Assembly: GCA_051648825.1 (NCBI GenBank)
Contig: JBOFFX010000018.1
Coordinates: forward strand, 26,317 to 90,316
Direction of reading: 5' to 3'
Source: Spirochaetia bacterium
GTDB taxonomy: Bacteria > Spirochaetota > Spirochaetia > WRBN01
Length of the DNA stretch: 64,000 nucleotides
The notes under the pieces were generated by a model. It was not told the DNA's origin. It saw only the letters and a list, made by a program, of their open reading frames with translations, and did not search any database. Positions 19,059-28,737 of this stretch are shown piece after piece. The position numbers were made by a program, and so were the translations under genes. Every line of letters begins with the position of its first letter. The first letter of the stretch is position 1.

Positions 19059-20951
19059 CTAATACTGCAGGCCATATCCATAGGGATATAGCAAAGAATC
19101 CTGATCAGGTGTCAAAATATTGACTGGCAACTGTCCACGTGGTTTGTTAAAAAGCTTGGGGTAGTTTGGGTGGTGCAAAATGGTGCGAATCGCTGCACGC
19201 ATGTTGGCCTCTAGTCGATTGCGGCTTGCATTTGTCACATCATAGCCCATGATTCCATAAATTGCGATATAAGCATTCACGTTGTCCAAATAGGCAATAT
19301 CATAAGGATTGCGGGTAGCAATCACCACCAGCTTTTTATTTTGATCATTGGAATAGTTGATAATTTTTTGTGCCTGTGGCGGTGTTGATGTCAAATTTTC
19401 TGTACACATCAGAATGAGGCTGGACTCTTCTATCGCATGCTGAAGTTCATTTGTTAAAGCCCCTGTATAGTCTGTTTTATACGAAATGACTCGCAGTGAT
19501 GTTTTTTTCATTTTTCGCACAATTTGCTGCATCTCATCACGGATGGTTTCATTTCTGCGATCAGTATTGTTGAGCAAAAGAATTGTTTGTTTTCTTTTTA
19601 AAACATAGGGAAGAACTCTCTCGTTCTCTAGCACAGTCACAGACTGATTGGCAATATGGTCTTCAAGCTCTTTGTGCTCCCTTGATCCAATAATACTGCG
19701 CGCATTGGCGGTGCTGGGCTGTTTCCAGTTTAATTCCATTTTAAATTTTTGTCGCAAGATGCGGCGTACTGCATGATCAACTTTTGCAGCAAAAACAGGA
19801 TCTTGTTCCATCTGTACTTCTAGGGCTGTAAAAAATTGGTCAAAGCGTGCAAGATCTGCTGGGCTCCTCACCACAATTGGCATAGTCAAAATATCTGCCC
19901 CCGCAGAAATAGCATGCTTGGCCGCCTGAATAGGGGTAAAGAAATTGCGAATCGCCCCCATGTCCAATGCATCTGTAAAAATTAGCCCATCAAATTTTAA
20001 TTCATTGCGCAACACCCCTGTCAAGATTTTCTGCGAAAGGGTGGCGGGAGCAAAAATCATCTGCCCATCCTTAGTGCGCATTTGCTGACTATCCAATGCT
20101 GGTAAAGCCACATGGGCTGTCATGATACCCTGTATCCCTTTTTTAATTCCAGATAAAAATGGTGCTAAATCAATGCGCCGCCAGTCTGCCTGTGTACTCT
20201 CAACAATAGGCAAGCCATAATGTGAGTCTGCCATGACATTGCCATGCCCGGGAAAGTGCTTGGCTGTGGCCATCACAGGAAATTGTTCAAGCCCTGCAAC
20301 ATATGACTCTGCCATGCGTGATACTAGCGCTAAATTATCGCTATATGCACGAATGGCAATGACGGGGTTGTTTTGATTGCTATTCACATCAACAACAGGT
20401 GCAAAATTAATATTTACCCCTAAGGCCGAAAGTTCCAAACCATGTACTTGTCCAACCTTTTTGGCCAATGATGCATTACGCGTTGCTGCGAGTGCCATAT
20501 TTCCAGGAAAATCTGTACCCTCTTGCAACCGCGTAACAAATCCACCCTCTTGATCCACCGCCACAAACAAGGGAATTCGTGCAGCCGTCTCTTGTAGGTC
20601 ATTGACCAAAGAAATGACCTGCTTTGCATCGCCAAGATTTTCCCTGAATAAAATCACCGATCCCAAAGCATATTTTTGGAACAGGGTGGAGAGTGTATTA
20701 TTAAGTTTTGTTACTGGTCGCAATGCCCCATTGGCACTATTTTTCCACATGCGAATATCCAGCATCAGCATTTGTCCAAGCTTTTCTCTATCAGACATTT
20801 CTTGCAAAAGTGTTTCTGCCGCACGCTGGGCATACCGCGCCGCTCTTTGTAGCTCATTGTTTGTTAATCGCCGGGAGTCTTCCCTGGGTTCAGAGAGCGC
20901 TGATTTTAAAGGAATTAGAAAGATCAGGCATAAGAGTGTTTTTTTTATCAT
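19059..20951 (-). CDS. exported glycoside hydrolase family 3 (beta-N-acetylhexosaminidase/NagZ-like, with extra C-terminal domain)
   Basis: 630 aa with a signal peptide (MIKKTLLCLIFLIPLKSALS). GH3 blocks are KHFPGHGN and FTDALDMGAI. Confidence 0.8.
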   Translation of the reverse strand: MIKKTLLCLIFLIPLKSALSEPREDSRRLTNNELQRAARYAQRAAETLLQEMSDREKLGQMLMLDIRMWKNSANGALRPVTKLNNTLSTLFQKYALGSVILFRENLGDAKQVISLVNDLQETAARIPLFVAVDQEGGFVTRLQEGTDFPGNMALAATRNASLAKKVGQVHGLELSALGVNINFAPVVDVNSNQNNPVIAIRAYSDNLALVSRMAESYVAGLEQFPVMATAKHFPGHGNVMADSHYGLPIVESTQADWRRIDLAPFLSGIKKGIQGIMTAHVALPALDSQQMRTKDGQMIFAPATLSQKILTGVLRNELKFDGLIFTDALDMGAIRNFFTPIQAAKHAISAGADILTMPIVVRSPADLARFDQFFTALEVQMEQDPVFAAKVDHAVRRILRQKFKMELNWKQPSTANARSIIGSREHKELEDHIANQSVTVLENERVLPYVLKRKQTILLLNNTDRRNETIRDEMQQIVRKMKKTSLRVISYKTDYTGALTNELQHAIEESSLILMCTENLTSTPPQAQKIINYSNDQNKKLVVIATRNPYDIAYLDNVNAYIAIYGIMGYDVTNASRNRLEANMRAAIRTILHHPNYPKLFNKPRGQLPVNILTPDQDSLLYPYGYGLQY

Positions 20952-21106
20952 GTCAATTCTCTATTTTTCATTCTCGGCCATAGCCACAACATCTATGAGA
21001 AACAGAATTTAAACTTAAGATTTTTTCATTAAAAAATTGATTTAATGCGGACGCACACATCTCATTCAATGTATAATGGCGAAAAATATGACTAAGGAGC
21101 GTATCT

Positions 21107-21892
21107 ATGCGTGTTGTTATTCATCAAAATTATGAACAAATTTCTTTGTGGTTGGCCCAGCATATTGCCAAAAGAATTAATGACTTTAACCCCAGTGCCA
21201 GCAAGCCCTTTGTTTTGGGACTCGCGACAGGAAGTTCTCCTATTCGCACATATGAGCACTTGGCAGCGATGAACAAACGTGGCGAAGTCAGCTTTGAACA
21301 TGTCGTCACATTTAATATGGATGAATATGTGGGGCTTCCTCAGTCTCACCCAGAAAGCTATTATTCCTTTATGTGGAAACATCTTTTTGATCATATCAAT
21401 ATCAAAAAAGAGAATGTCCATATTCTCAATGGCAATGCCAAAGACCTAGAAAAAGAATGTGCAGATTACGAAAAGGCTATACAAAATGCTGGGGGTGTAG
21501 AACTATTTATCGGAGGCATTGGCGTAGATGGGCATTTAGCCTTTAATGAACCCGGTACCAGCTTGCACAGCCGTACCCATGTCCAAAAACTTACCCATGA
21601 AACACGTCTGGTCAACAGTCGTTTTTTTGACCATGATATTAGTCAGGTGCCCCAAGAGTCTGTGACCGTGGGCGTCGCCACCGTCACAGATAGCCGAGAA
21701 GTTTCGCTCATTATTTCTGGACACAACAAGGCGCGTGCCCTGCGCCATACCGTAGAAGAGGGAGTTTCTCACATGTGGACCGCTAGTGCACTACAGTTAC
21801 ACCCCAATGCGATCATTGTCTGTGATGAGGAATCCTGTAGTGAGCTTAAAGTTGGAACATATAAGTATTTTAAAGAAATGGAAAAACTCTAG
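21107..21892 (+). CDS. nagB: glucosamine-6-phosphate deaminase
   Basis: 261 aa, colinear with E. coli NagB from memory (PFVLGL.TG..P, VVTFNMDEYVGLP..HPESYYSFM, G.DGH.AFNEP, LQLHP.AI.VCDE). AAGGAG RBS. Confidence 0.95.
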   Translation: MRVVIHQNYEQISLWLAQHIAKRINDFNPSASKPFVLGLATGSSPIRTYEHLAAMNKRGEVSFEHVVTFNMDEYVGLPQSHPESYYSFMWKHLFDHINIKKENVHILNGNAKDLEKECADYEKAIQNAGGVELFIGGIGVDGHLAFNEPGTSLHSRTHVQKLTHETRLVNSRFFDHDISQVPQESVTVGVATVTDSREVSLIISGHNKARALRHTVEEGVSHMWTASALQLHPNAIIVCDEESCSELKVGTYKYFKEMEKL

Positions 21893-21910
21893 CACCTATT
21901 TTGTCTTGCT

Positions 21911-24900
21911 ATGGATGATACTCAGGATCCTTTTTTACTAGATTTACCTAAAAAAATTTTAGATCACCCGTTCTTGATAGAAGCCTCTGCTGGAACGGGT
22001 AAAACTTATGTCCTTACGAGACTCGTCTTTGCATATCTCATTTACAAAAAAGTTCCTATTGAAAAAATTATTGTCATCACATTCACAAATAACGCTACAT
22101 CAGAGCTGAGAGAACGCCTGCATGCGCTCTCCCAAGAATTTTTGACAGACACTCGCTTTGATCCAATAGTTAAAGCACAGCTTCAGACCTTGGTTGCAGA
22201 CTTTGATCGCCTCTCTGTGATGACTATCAATGGATTTTTTCAAAAAATCTACCTCAATACCTGTTTAGAAACAGGGTTTAACCCTAGTCTAAAAGTTAGC
22301 GCTGATCGTAGCTGGCAAAAAGAAATTGCCCAGGACTACTTTCGTCGGCATGTGCAAGAAATTGAACAAAATCGTAGCCTGCAACTAGGATTGAGCGCAT
22401 TTTTGGCCTTGATCAAAATAAAATCTCCATACAAAAATCATGTAGAGCAGTATACGCGTAGTTTTCCTGATGGCATATCTTGGCTTGTCGAAAATGTCTT
22501 GGAAAAAGAATTCTTAACCAAAGAAAATATCGCCCCCGATGCCATATTTTTTGCACAAGCCTGGGAAAGAGAATTGCATTACAACCAAAGCCAAACCTAC
22601 CATTCCTATCATGAATTTTTACACGGTGAAAAAAAACATCTAGAATCTCTGGGTCTCAACAAAACTATGGCCCTACAGGCTAGTAGTCTGACTGATGTCT
22701 TAATTTTACTCGATAAAACCAAGAAATCTCTCAAAGATATTAAGTCTCCCCTGGCAGAAAAACTCTATCAAGCACTGCAGCCCCTTATTCATGATGAGAC
22801 TTATGAAAATATTCACTTAGCCTCAATGGCTGCACATTTTTTACGTCATTTTTTTGAAAAATGTCAAATCATCAAAAAAGAAAAGCTTGCTTTATTGGGC
22901 AAAATGTCTCATGACTATGCCAATAAAGTCTTGTGTGATTTGTTGATAGAAAATCCTTCTCACGAATTTGCATTAAGCTTAAATCCATCATATCAAGTTG
23001 CACTCATTGATGAATTTCAAGATACCAATTCTTTTCAATGGGCACTATTACAACAATTGTTTTCAAAAAAAATAGGCCCCAACCATACCTATGCGCTTAT
23101 TGGCGATCCCAAACAACTCATTTATTACTTTAGGGGAGCGAATCCACAAACTTACCTGCAGGCAAAAAAGATGATCGATGTAGCGCAGCAATACACCATG
23201 AAAAAAAACTATCGATCACATCCTACCGTCCTCAATGGTATCAATATGTGGTTTTCTCAAGTATTTTCCCACACGGACTATGGATACACCCCGGTGGTGG
23301 CAGGCCGTGAAGAGATAGAATTTTTAACAGGCCCCGCTTTCAATCTGTATAAAGGTATCACATTTTTAGAAAGTGAAAATACCCCAGAGGCATTGCCCTT
23401 GGGCCAAGCAAAAACCCTCTCTTACCAACTCTATATTCACCATATTCTTGCGCTTTTAACAAATCCAGAATATCAGCTCAAAAACCCAAAAACAGGCGAA
23501 TCTCGACGGGTTCTTGGGTCAGACATTGTGTGCTTGGTACAACAAAAATCCGAGGCAAAAGCACTCAAAATTGCTCTCACTGAGGCCCGTCTACCCTGTG
23601 TTCTGCTCCTGAGTGAACACTCTATTTTTGATTCTCAAGAATTTGTGCTTATTTTATTATTTTTAGAAGCATTATCCCGCCCAAACTCCAAAAAAATTCG
23701 CCATAAACTTTTGACTTCTGCACTTTTTGGTCTACGACCACCTGACTTGTTGAAAGAAGAAACACAACTGGAATTTTTAGAAAAATTTTATGAAAATTTT
23801 CATTCATGGCAACACATGGCCAATACACGCCAATTTTCAAAAATATTTGATCAACTTTTTCGTGAATACGGTTATTTCTCTCGTATTATTCATAGTCCAG
23901 ATGCAGAAGGTCGCATTGTGAATATGCGGCACTTGGTCAGCCTTGTCTTGCAAGAAGAACGCACTGCCGGTGCCCATAGTGGCGCTGCCTATTTTTATCA
24001 AAGGATGAATAAGCTGTGTGAGGAACAAAAAAATGATGAGATGGCGCAAATCCAATTAGAAACAGAAAATCATGCCATTCGTATTTCAAATATCCATCAG
24101 GTTAAAGGCCTAGAATACCCTATTGTTTTTGCGTTTTTTGGGTGTAAAAAAGTCTCCCAAAAAAAGAACTTTTTTACACAAAAAGATAGTGCCCCCTTTA
24201 TTGATTTTAGTTGCAACAAGACTATCGTGGCAATGGATTGGGCCAACCAAGATGAAGAAATCCTACATGCTTTTTATGTTTTAGCTACACGGGCCAAAAG
24301 TCACCTCTTTTTTCCACTTTTGCCTATCAATAAAAATTCTTACTATTTACAATGCCTTGCCCATCTAGTTAGTGAGAGCCCTGCTGCGCAAAATATTTTA
24401 AAAATCAATCCACATAATGAAAAAATTAACCAAGAAGATGTCTTAACCCTACTGGGTTCTATCCGTGCATTGTGTGCACAAAAAGAAAGCCCCTTTGCAC
24501 TCAAAAAGATAAATATAGAGACTCATGTCACACCTATAGTAGGAGAGGCCAATGAAATGGATTACTGCCTATCCCTGCCACAGATTCAGACAACGATAGG
24601 GTTTCACAATCGAATTATGGCTATCAACAGCTACTCTTCTTTGTGGAAAAATAAGTTCTCTGATGAGGAGGAAGATCATGTGAATGAAATTCATCCTGAT
24701 ATCACCATGATAGAAAACCTGCCACTTTCTACCCTGACAATACCTGGGGGTACCGCACTGGGAAATGCCTTTCATCACATTGTTGAAACTCTGCCATTTC
24801 ACTATGCCCAACAACCCATCGATCAATTTTGTGCAGATGCCAGAATTGAAAAATTATCAAAAAATAGTATTCAACGATTTATGAACATCACCTATCACCG

Positions 24901-25453
24901 ACAATCGACATTCCTGCATATATTTAAAACAATGCTCTGGAATACTCTCAATGTGCCTATCCCCGCATTAAAAAACACCAAACTCTGCGATATTTCTCTC
25001 AATGAAAAAAGACATGAGGTTGAATTTTTGATGCATATGCCAGCTGGGGCACAACTCAAAACACCTCTGCATCATTTTGATGTGAAGAAGGGGTTTTTAC
25101 GGGGGTTTTTGGATCTGGTTTTTGTTTATGATGGTCTCTATTATGTTCTGGACTGGAAAACCACATCTTTGGGTTATGAACAAAAAAATTATCACAGCAC
25201 ATCTCTTTCTGATGCAATGATTGAGCATGGGTATGATATGCAAGCACGCCTATACCTATATGTACTCACTCAATGTTTATATGGCTCTTTTGGAAAAGAG
25301 GGGTACGATAAAATTGGGGGAGCCATTTATCTCTTTAATAGGGGCATTTCCCCCTTGAGTAACGATGGTATTTATTTTTTCAAACCAACCTGCCAAGAGA
25401 TCTTATCCATCTTTGAATTTGAGAGCACGTGTACGAACATAACTGCTATCTGA
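21911..25453 (+). CDS. recB: RecB-like UvrD-family helicase with C-terminal PD-(D/E)XK nuclease
   Basis: 1180 aa. Motif I is IEASAGTGKTY, motif II is LIDEFQDTN, and KNYRS and NIHQVKGLEYPIVF are present. The C-terminal nuclease block GFLDLVFVYDGLYYVLDWKT resembles the E. coli RecB block GFIDLVF...YYLLDYKS. Confidence 0.8.
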   Translation: MDDTQDPFLLDLPKKILDHPFLIEASAGTGKTYVLTRLVFAYLIYKKVPIEKIIVITFTNNATSELRERLHALSQEFLTDTRFDPIVKAQLQTLVADFDRLSVMTINGFFQKIYLNTCLETGFNPSLKVSADRSWQKEIAQDYFRRHVQEIEQNRSLQLGLSAFLALIKIKSPYKNHVEQYTRSFPDGISWLVENVLEKEFLTKENIAPDAIFFAQAWERELHYNQSQTYHSYHEFLHGEKKHLESLGLNKTMALQASSLTDVLILLDKTKKSLKDIKSPLAEKLYQALQPLIHDETYENIHLASMAAHFLRHFFEKCQIIKKEKLALLGKMSHDYANKVLCDLLIENPSHEFALSLNPSYQVALIDEFQDTNSFQWALLQQLFSKKIGPNHTYALIGDPKQLIYYFRGANPQTYLQAKKMIDVAQQYTMKKNYRSHPTVLNGINMWFSQVFSHTDYGYTPVVAGREEIEFLTGPAFNLYKGITFLESENTPEALPLGQAKTLSYQLYIHHILALLTNPEYQLKNPKTGESRRVLGSDIVCLVQQKSEAKALKIALTEARLPCVLLLSEHSIFDSQEFVLILLFLEALSRPNSKKIRHKLLTSALFGLRPPDLLKEETQLEFLEKFYENFHSWQHMANTRQFSKIFDQLFREYGYFSRIIHSPDAEGRIVNMRHLVSLVLQEERTAGAHSGAAYFYQRMNKLCEEQKNDEMAQIQLETENHAIRISNIHQVKGLEYPIVFAFFGCKKVSQKKNFFTQKDSAPFIDFSCNKTIVAMDWANQDEEILHAFYVLATRAKSHLFFPLLPINKNSYYLQCLAHLVSESPAAQNILKINPHNEKINQEDVLTLLGSIRALCAQKESPFALKKINIETHVTPIVGEANEMDYCLSLPQIQTTIGFHNRIMAINSYSSLWKNKFSDEEEDHVNEIHPDITMIENLPLSTLTIPGGTALGNAFHHIVETLPFHYAQQPIDQFCADARIEKLSKNSIQRFMNITYHRQSTFLHIFKTMLWNTLNVPIPALKNTKLCDISLNEKRHEVEFLMHMPAGAQLKTPLHHFDVKKGFLRGFLDLVFVYDGLYYVLDWKTTSLGYEQKNYHSTSLSDAMIEHGYDMQARLYLYVLTQCLYGSFGKEGYDKIGGAIYLFNRGISPLSNDGIYFFKPTCQEILSIFEFESTCTNITAI

Positions 25454-26407
25454 TTCATCCCACTCTCTGCGTGGAGGAGCAGGATAAATTTCGTCTGCTG
25501 TGAGTGCTACAGAACGCATAAATCGACTCGCCTCTTTATAATCAAATGCTCTTTTGAGCAACCCCCGTGTAGGATGATCGTATTCCATCACAATTTGACC
25601 CCCAGCACTCAAGCCCCCTACTGTTCCCAAAAAATCCTTATGTATTGTGCGTGCATTATAGAGCCCAGTAATGAGAGTTTCTCCATTCATCTTAGTACCA
25701 ATAGGGCTCATGTTGATGGCCATTTTGGGGGTGCCATTCAAGATGACCTCAAAATTACAATAGCTCTTAAAATCACTGCGCATTTTTGTGATTTTTGAAG
25801 TGAAATGATAGGTGCCTCCACCACGGCCGTTGACAATTTCATCCAAATTCATTTCTCCAAATTTGGGTATTCGTGTCTGTGCAAAATGCACTGTATAGTC
25901 AAGATCGCGTAGTGCCTCTACTTCATCTACAGGAACTCGCCAGCCTGTAATCATTTGAGAAAAATTAGATTCGCCATAATAGCGTGTAGCTGTAACATAA
26001 TAGGCATAACGTCGCAATGGTACCTCAGGAATATTGTGTTTGACATCTATCTTTGTGGGGAGAGGAAATGGTTGGGTTAACTCTTGTAAAAGCTTGAACT
26101 CTTGATCTTGAGGATTAGTTTTGTGCATAATTGTAGGATAAATTGCTCGATAAACCCGATACCCAGTGGCCCCAGCAACTGGGGTCCAACTCAGTTTAAG
26201 AAACTTGTCCGTGCCTGTACCATTATTCTCTACGGCAAAATTTGTAGGAATAGCCAGGGATGTATCAGTGCCCACATTTGCAATTCCACCACTATGGTCA
26301 GCCTGGCCTAGTAGCTGGCGGGAACGTGTGGTGGGAGAAGAGCATCCAATTAAAACTGCTAAAGTTATCATTGATATATTTATGAAACCACTATGTGCTT
26401 CGCCCAT
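25403..26407 (-). CDS. lipoprotein, FN3-like paralog family, copy 1 (unknown function)
   Basis: 334 aa with GGAG 8 nt upstream of the ATG and lipobox LIGC. It shares the blocks ADHSGGIANVGTD, PLRRYAYYVTATRYYGES and PPRREWDE with copy 2. Confidence 0.75.
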   Translation of the reverse strand: MGEAHSGFINISMITLAVLIGCSSPTTRSRQLLGQADHSGGIANVGTDTSLAIPTNFAVENNGTGTDKFLKLSWTPVAGATGYRVYRAIYPTIMHKTNPQDQEFKLLQELTQPFPLPTKIDVKHNIPEVPLRRYAYYVTATRYYGESNFSQMITGWRVPVDEVEALRDLDYTVHFAQTRIPKFGEMNLDEIVNGRGGGTYHFTSKITKMRSDFKSYCNFEVILNGTPKMAINMSPIGTKMNGETLITGLYNARTIHKDFLGTVGGLSAGGQIVMEYDHPTRGLLKRAFDYKEASRFMRSVALTADEIYPAPPRREWDESDSSYVRTRALKFKDG

Positions 26408-26512
26408 GTATTAATCTCCGAGTAAAATATGAAGAATCTCATAGGTAAAGATAGTGTATCACGGCACAAAAGACAATTTCTTATTAATATTTTGTGCTAA
26501 ATTTGCACTTTT

Positions 26513-27517
26513 TTATCTTTGATAGTTTTTGTAAGATTTGCGGATCGTGCGTACATAGTTGGGATCTGCCTCATCCCACTCTCTGCGTGGTGGTTTTGGC
26601 CATACATCATCTGCATTAAATGCAACAGTTTTCATCACTTTTCTGGCTTCTGAAGCATCAAGACTTTTTGTCAGCTTGCCACGACTTGGGTGATCATACT
26701 CAATTTTGACAATGCCAGACTGAGTGAACCCTCCTTGAACTGCCTGAAGATTTTCATAAGTAATCTTGGCTGTATACAATCCCGTAGCCTGTATTGTGCC
26801 ATTCATTTTGATACCCAAAGGACTCAGTGTCACACTGATTCTAGGGCTGCCATGTATTGTTGTCTCAAAGTCAACGTAATAACGAAAATTACTGATGGCT
26901 TTTCCAATTTTTGATGAATACTCATAAGATCCACTAGCTCTAGCCAGCACTGTAGTATCTATGTTCATTTCACCAAAATTAGAAATACTAGACTGTGCAA
27001 AATGCATGGAATAATCCATATCTTTGAGTGCTTCAATTTCATCAACAGGCATGCGCCAGCCATAAATCATTTGAGAAAAATCAGATTCACCATAGTAGCG
27101 CGTAGCTGTGACATAATAGGCATAACGTCGTAATGGCACCTCTGGAATAGGGTGGTTAATACTGATACGAGATGGCAGTGGATACGGTTGTGTAATTTCT
27201 TGCAAAAGCTTAAATTCTTTTGGCTGAGGATCCGCCATATGCTCGGATGTTGCATATACCGCACGATAGATTCGATAGCCAGTGGCATCAGAAACAGCAT
27301 TCCAACTTAGCGTAAGAAACTTTTCATTTGCTGTCATGTGATTGTCTACAAAAAAATCACTAGGAATACCCAGATCTTTGTCTGTCCCCACATTGGCAAT
27401 GCCACCACTATGATCTGCATTGCCCACCAATGGCCTGCGTCTTGTTGTGGGTGGTCCACAAGACGCCAATATAAATAAAATAAGATACAATATACAACGC
27501 ATACTTGCTCTTGTCAT
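26513..27517 (-). CDS. lipoprotein, FN3-like paralog family, copy 2 (unknown function)
   Basis: 334 aa with GGGGAG 7 nt upstream of the ATG and lipobox ILASC. It is alignable over its full length with copies 1 and 3. Confidence 0.75.
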   Translation of the reverse strand: MTRASMRCILYLILFILASCGPPTTRRRPLVGNADHSGGIANVGTDKDLGIPSDFFVDNHMTANEKFLTLSWNAVSDATGYRIYRAVYATSEHMADPQPKEFKLLQEITQPYPLPSRISINHPIPEVPLRRYAYYVTATRYYGESDFSQMIYGWRMPVDEIEALKDMDYSMHFAQSSISNFGEMNIDTTVLARASGSYEYSSKIGKAISNFRYYVDFETTIHGSPRISVTLSPLGIKMNGTIQATGLYTAKITYENLQAVQGGFTQSGIVKIEYDHPSRGKLTKSLDASEARKVMKTVAFNADDVWPKPPRREWDEADPNYVRTIRKSYKNYQR

Positions 27518-27531
27518 CCAAAACTCCCCAC

Positions 27532-27567
27532 CCTCCCCTTGTTTCTTTTGAAAGAAACAAGGGGAGG
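27532..27567 (-). terminator. strong hairpin between paralog copies 3 and 2 (terminator/attenuator or processing site)
   Basis: cctccccttgtttcttt (27532-27548) is the exact reverse complement of aaagaaacaaggggagg (27551-27567). On the minus strand it is followed by GTGGGGAGTTTTGG and then the ATG of copy 2. Confidence 0.5.
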
Positions 27568-27620
27568 CGCAAAAGTATTAAATATACTTTTGCTATATTA
27601 TCAATATTGGCAATAAAAAA

Positions 27621-28613
27621 CTAATTTCCTCTTCCCGTCTTCATTTGACGTGTATAAGAGGCATCTGCCTCATTCCACTCAGACTTGTGTGGTGCCGCAA
27701 TCTTGTCCACAGGATTCATAGCTACGGTCTTCATATGTTGCCTAATTTCTTCAAAATTATACTTTCTTGTCAATGTCCCCTTGGTCGGATGATTATAAGA
27801 AATTGTGACCTGTCCATTTTTTGTCAGCCCACCTTCTGCACCCAGCAAGCTATGATAAGTCATCTTCCCTGTATATAGCCCACTAATATTAATATCACCA
27901 TTCATTGTGACACGCTGAGTAAAGATATTTAAGCTCATTGAGGGGTCACCATTCAAAACCACCTCGAAATCATTGTGATTCTGGAATCGACTCTTCGGGC
28001 TGGTATTTGAACGATAAAAATAGTTGCCCCCACCGCGGCCGTGTATTGTAGCCTCTTTATATGCTGCGCCAAAATTAGAAATACTAGTTTGTGCAAAATG
28101 CACCGTATAATCAATATCTTTGAGTGCCTCAAGTTGATCTATGGGCACACGATACCCAGTCAAAACCGCAGTACTTTCAGACTCGCCATCATCATTAGCT
28201 GCCGTTACCTTATATGCATAGCGCCTCAAAGGCAGGTGGGGAATATTGTGCTGCGTAGTGAGTTTCCCCCCCACAGCACTACTTGCATCAACGGTAGTCA
28301 ACAGCTTAAATTCTCGTGCAGCTGGCTCAGCCATATGCGATCGTGTTGGATAAACTGCACGATAAACACGATACAGCGTTGCATGGGGTACAGAGTCCCA
28401 CTCCAGCGTTAAGAACGTCTCGGTTCCAGTCCCATTATTGACTATTTTAAAGTTTGCGGGAGCAACAAGATCCTTACTCCCACCAATGTCATTGCCATCA
28501 CCATGATCTGCACCGCCGACTTGTCTTCTTACAGAATTACTTGCCATACCACATGAAAATAAAAATACAACAGTCATAAAAACAAGAATACTAGAAGAAT
28601 ATTTTTTTATCAT
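27621..28613 (-). CDS. lipoprotein, FN3-like paralog family, copy 3 (unknown function)
   Basis: ATG at 28613 with GGAG 7 nt upstream; the ORF-track start at 28631 is a GTG. Lipobox FLFSC. The family blocks are conserved (FLTLEWDSVPHATLYRVYRA, PLRRYAYKVTA, DYTVHFAQTSISNFG). Confidence 0.75.
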   Translation of the reverse strand: MIKKYSSSILVFMTVVFLFSCGMASNSVRRQVGGADHGDGNDIGGSKDLVAPANFKIVNNGTGTETFLTLEWDSVPHATLYRVYRAVYPTRSHMAEPAAREFKLLTTVDASSAVGGKLTTQHNIPHLPLRRYAYKVTAANDDGESESTAVLTGYRVPIDQLEALKDIDYTVHFAQTSISNFGAAYKEATIHGRGGGNYFYRSNTSPKSRFQNHNDFEVVLNGDPSMSLNIFTQRVTMNGDINISGLYTGKMTYHSLLGAEGGLTKNGQVTISYNHPTKGTLTRKYNFEEIRQHMKTVAMNPVDKIAAPHKSEWNEADASYTRQMKTGRGN

Positions 28614-28737
28614 CTTAGAGCTCCTTATCACCTATTCAGGGATGATTCTCTCAAAAGAAACAATGGCGGACTCCCGTACTTCATTCGTGTTTCTTCTGGT
28701 AGAAATAACTATATTACAAAAAAACACAATCTGTCAA

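Noticed and set aside
21037-21077. A TATAAT hexamer (21072-21077) with a TTGATT element (21037-21042) upstream of nagB as a promoter.
   Set aside because: The spacing between the two hexamers is 29 nt, far from the 16-19 nt optimum. The -10 element alone is not enough to call a promoter.
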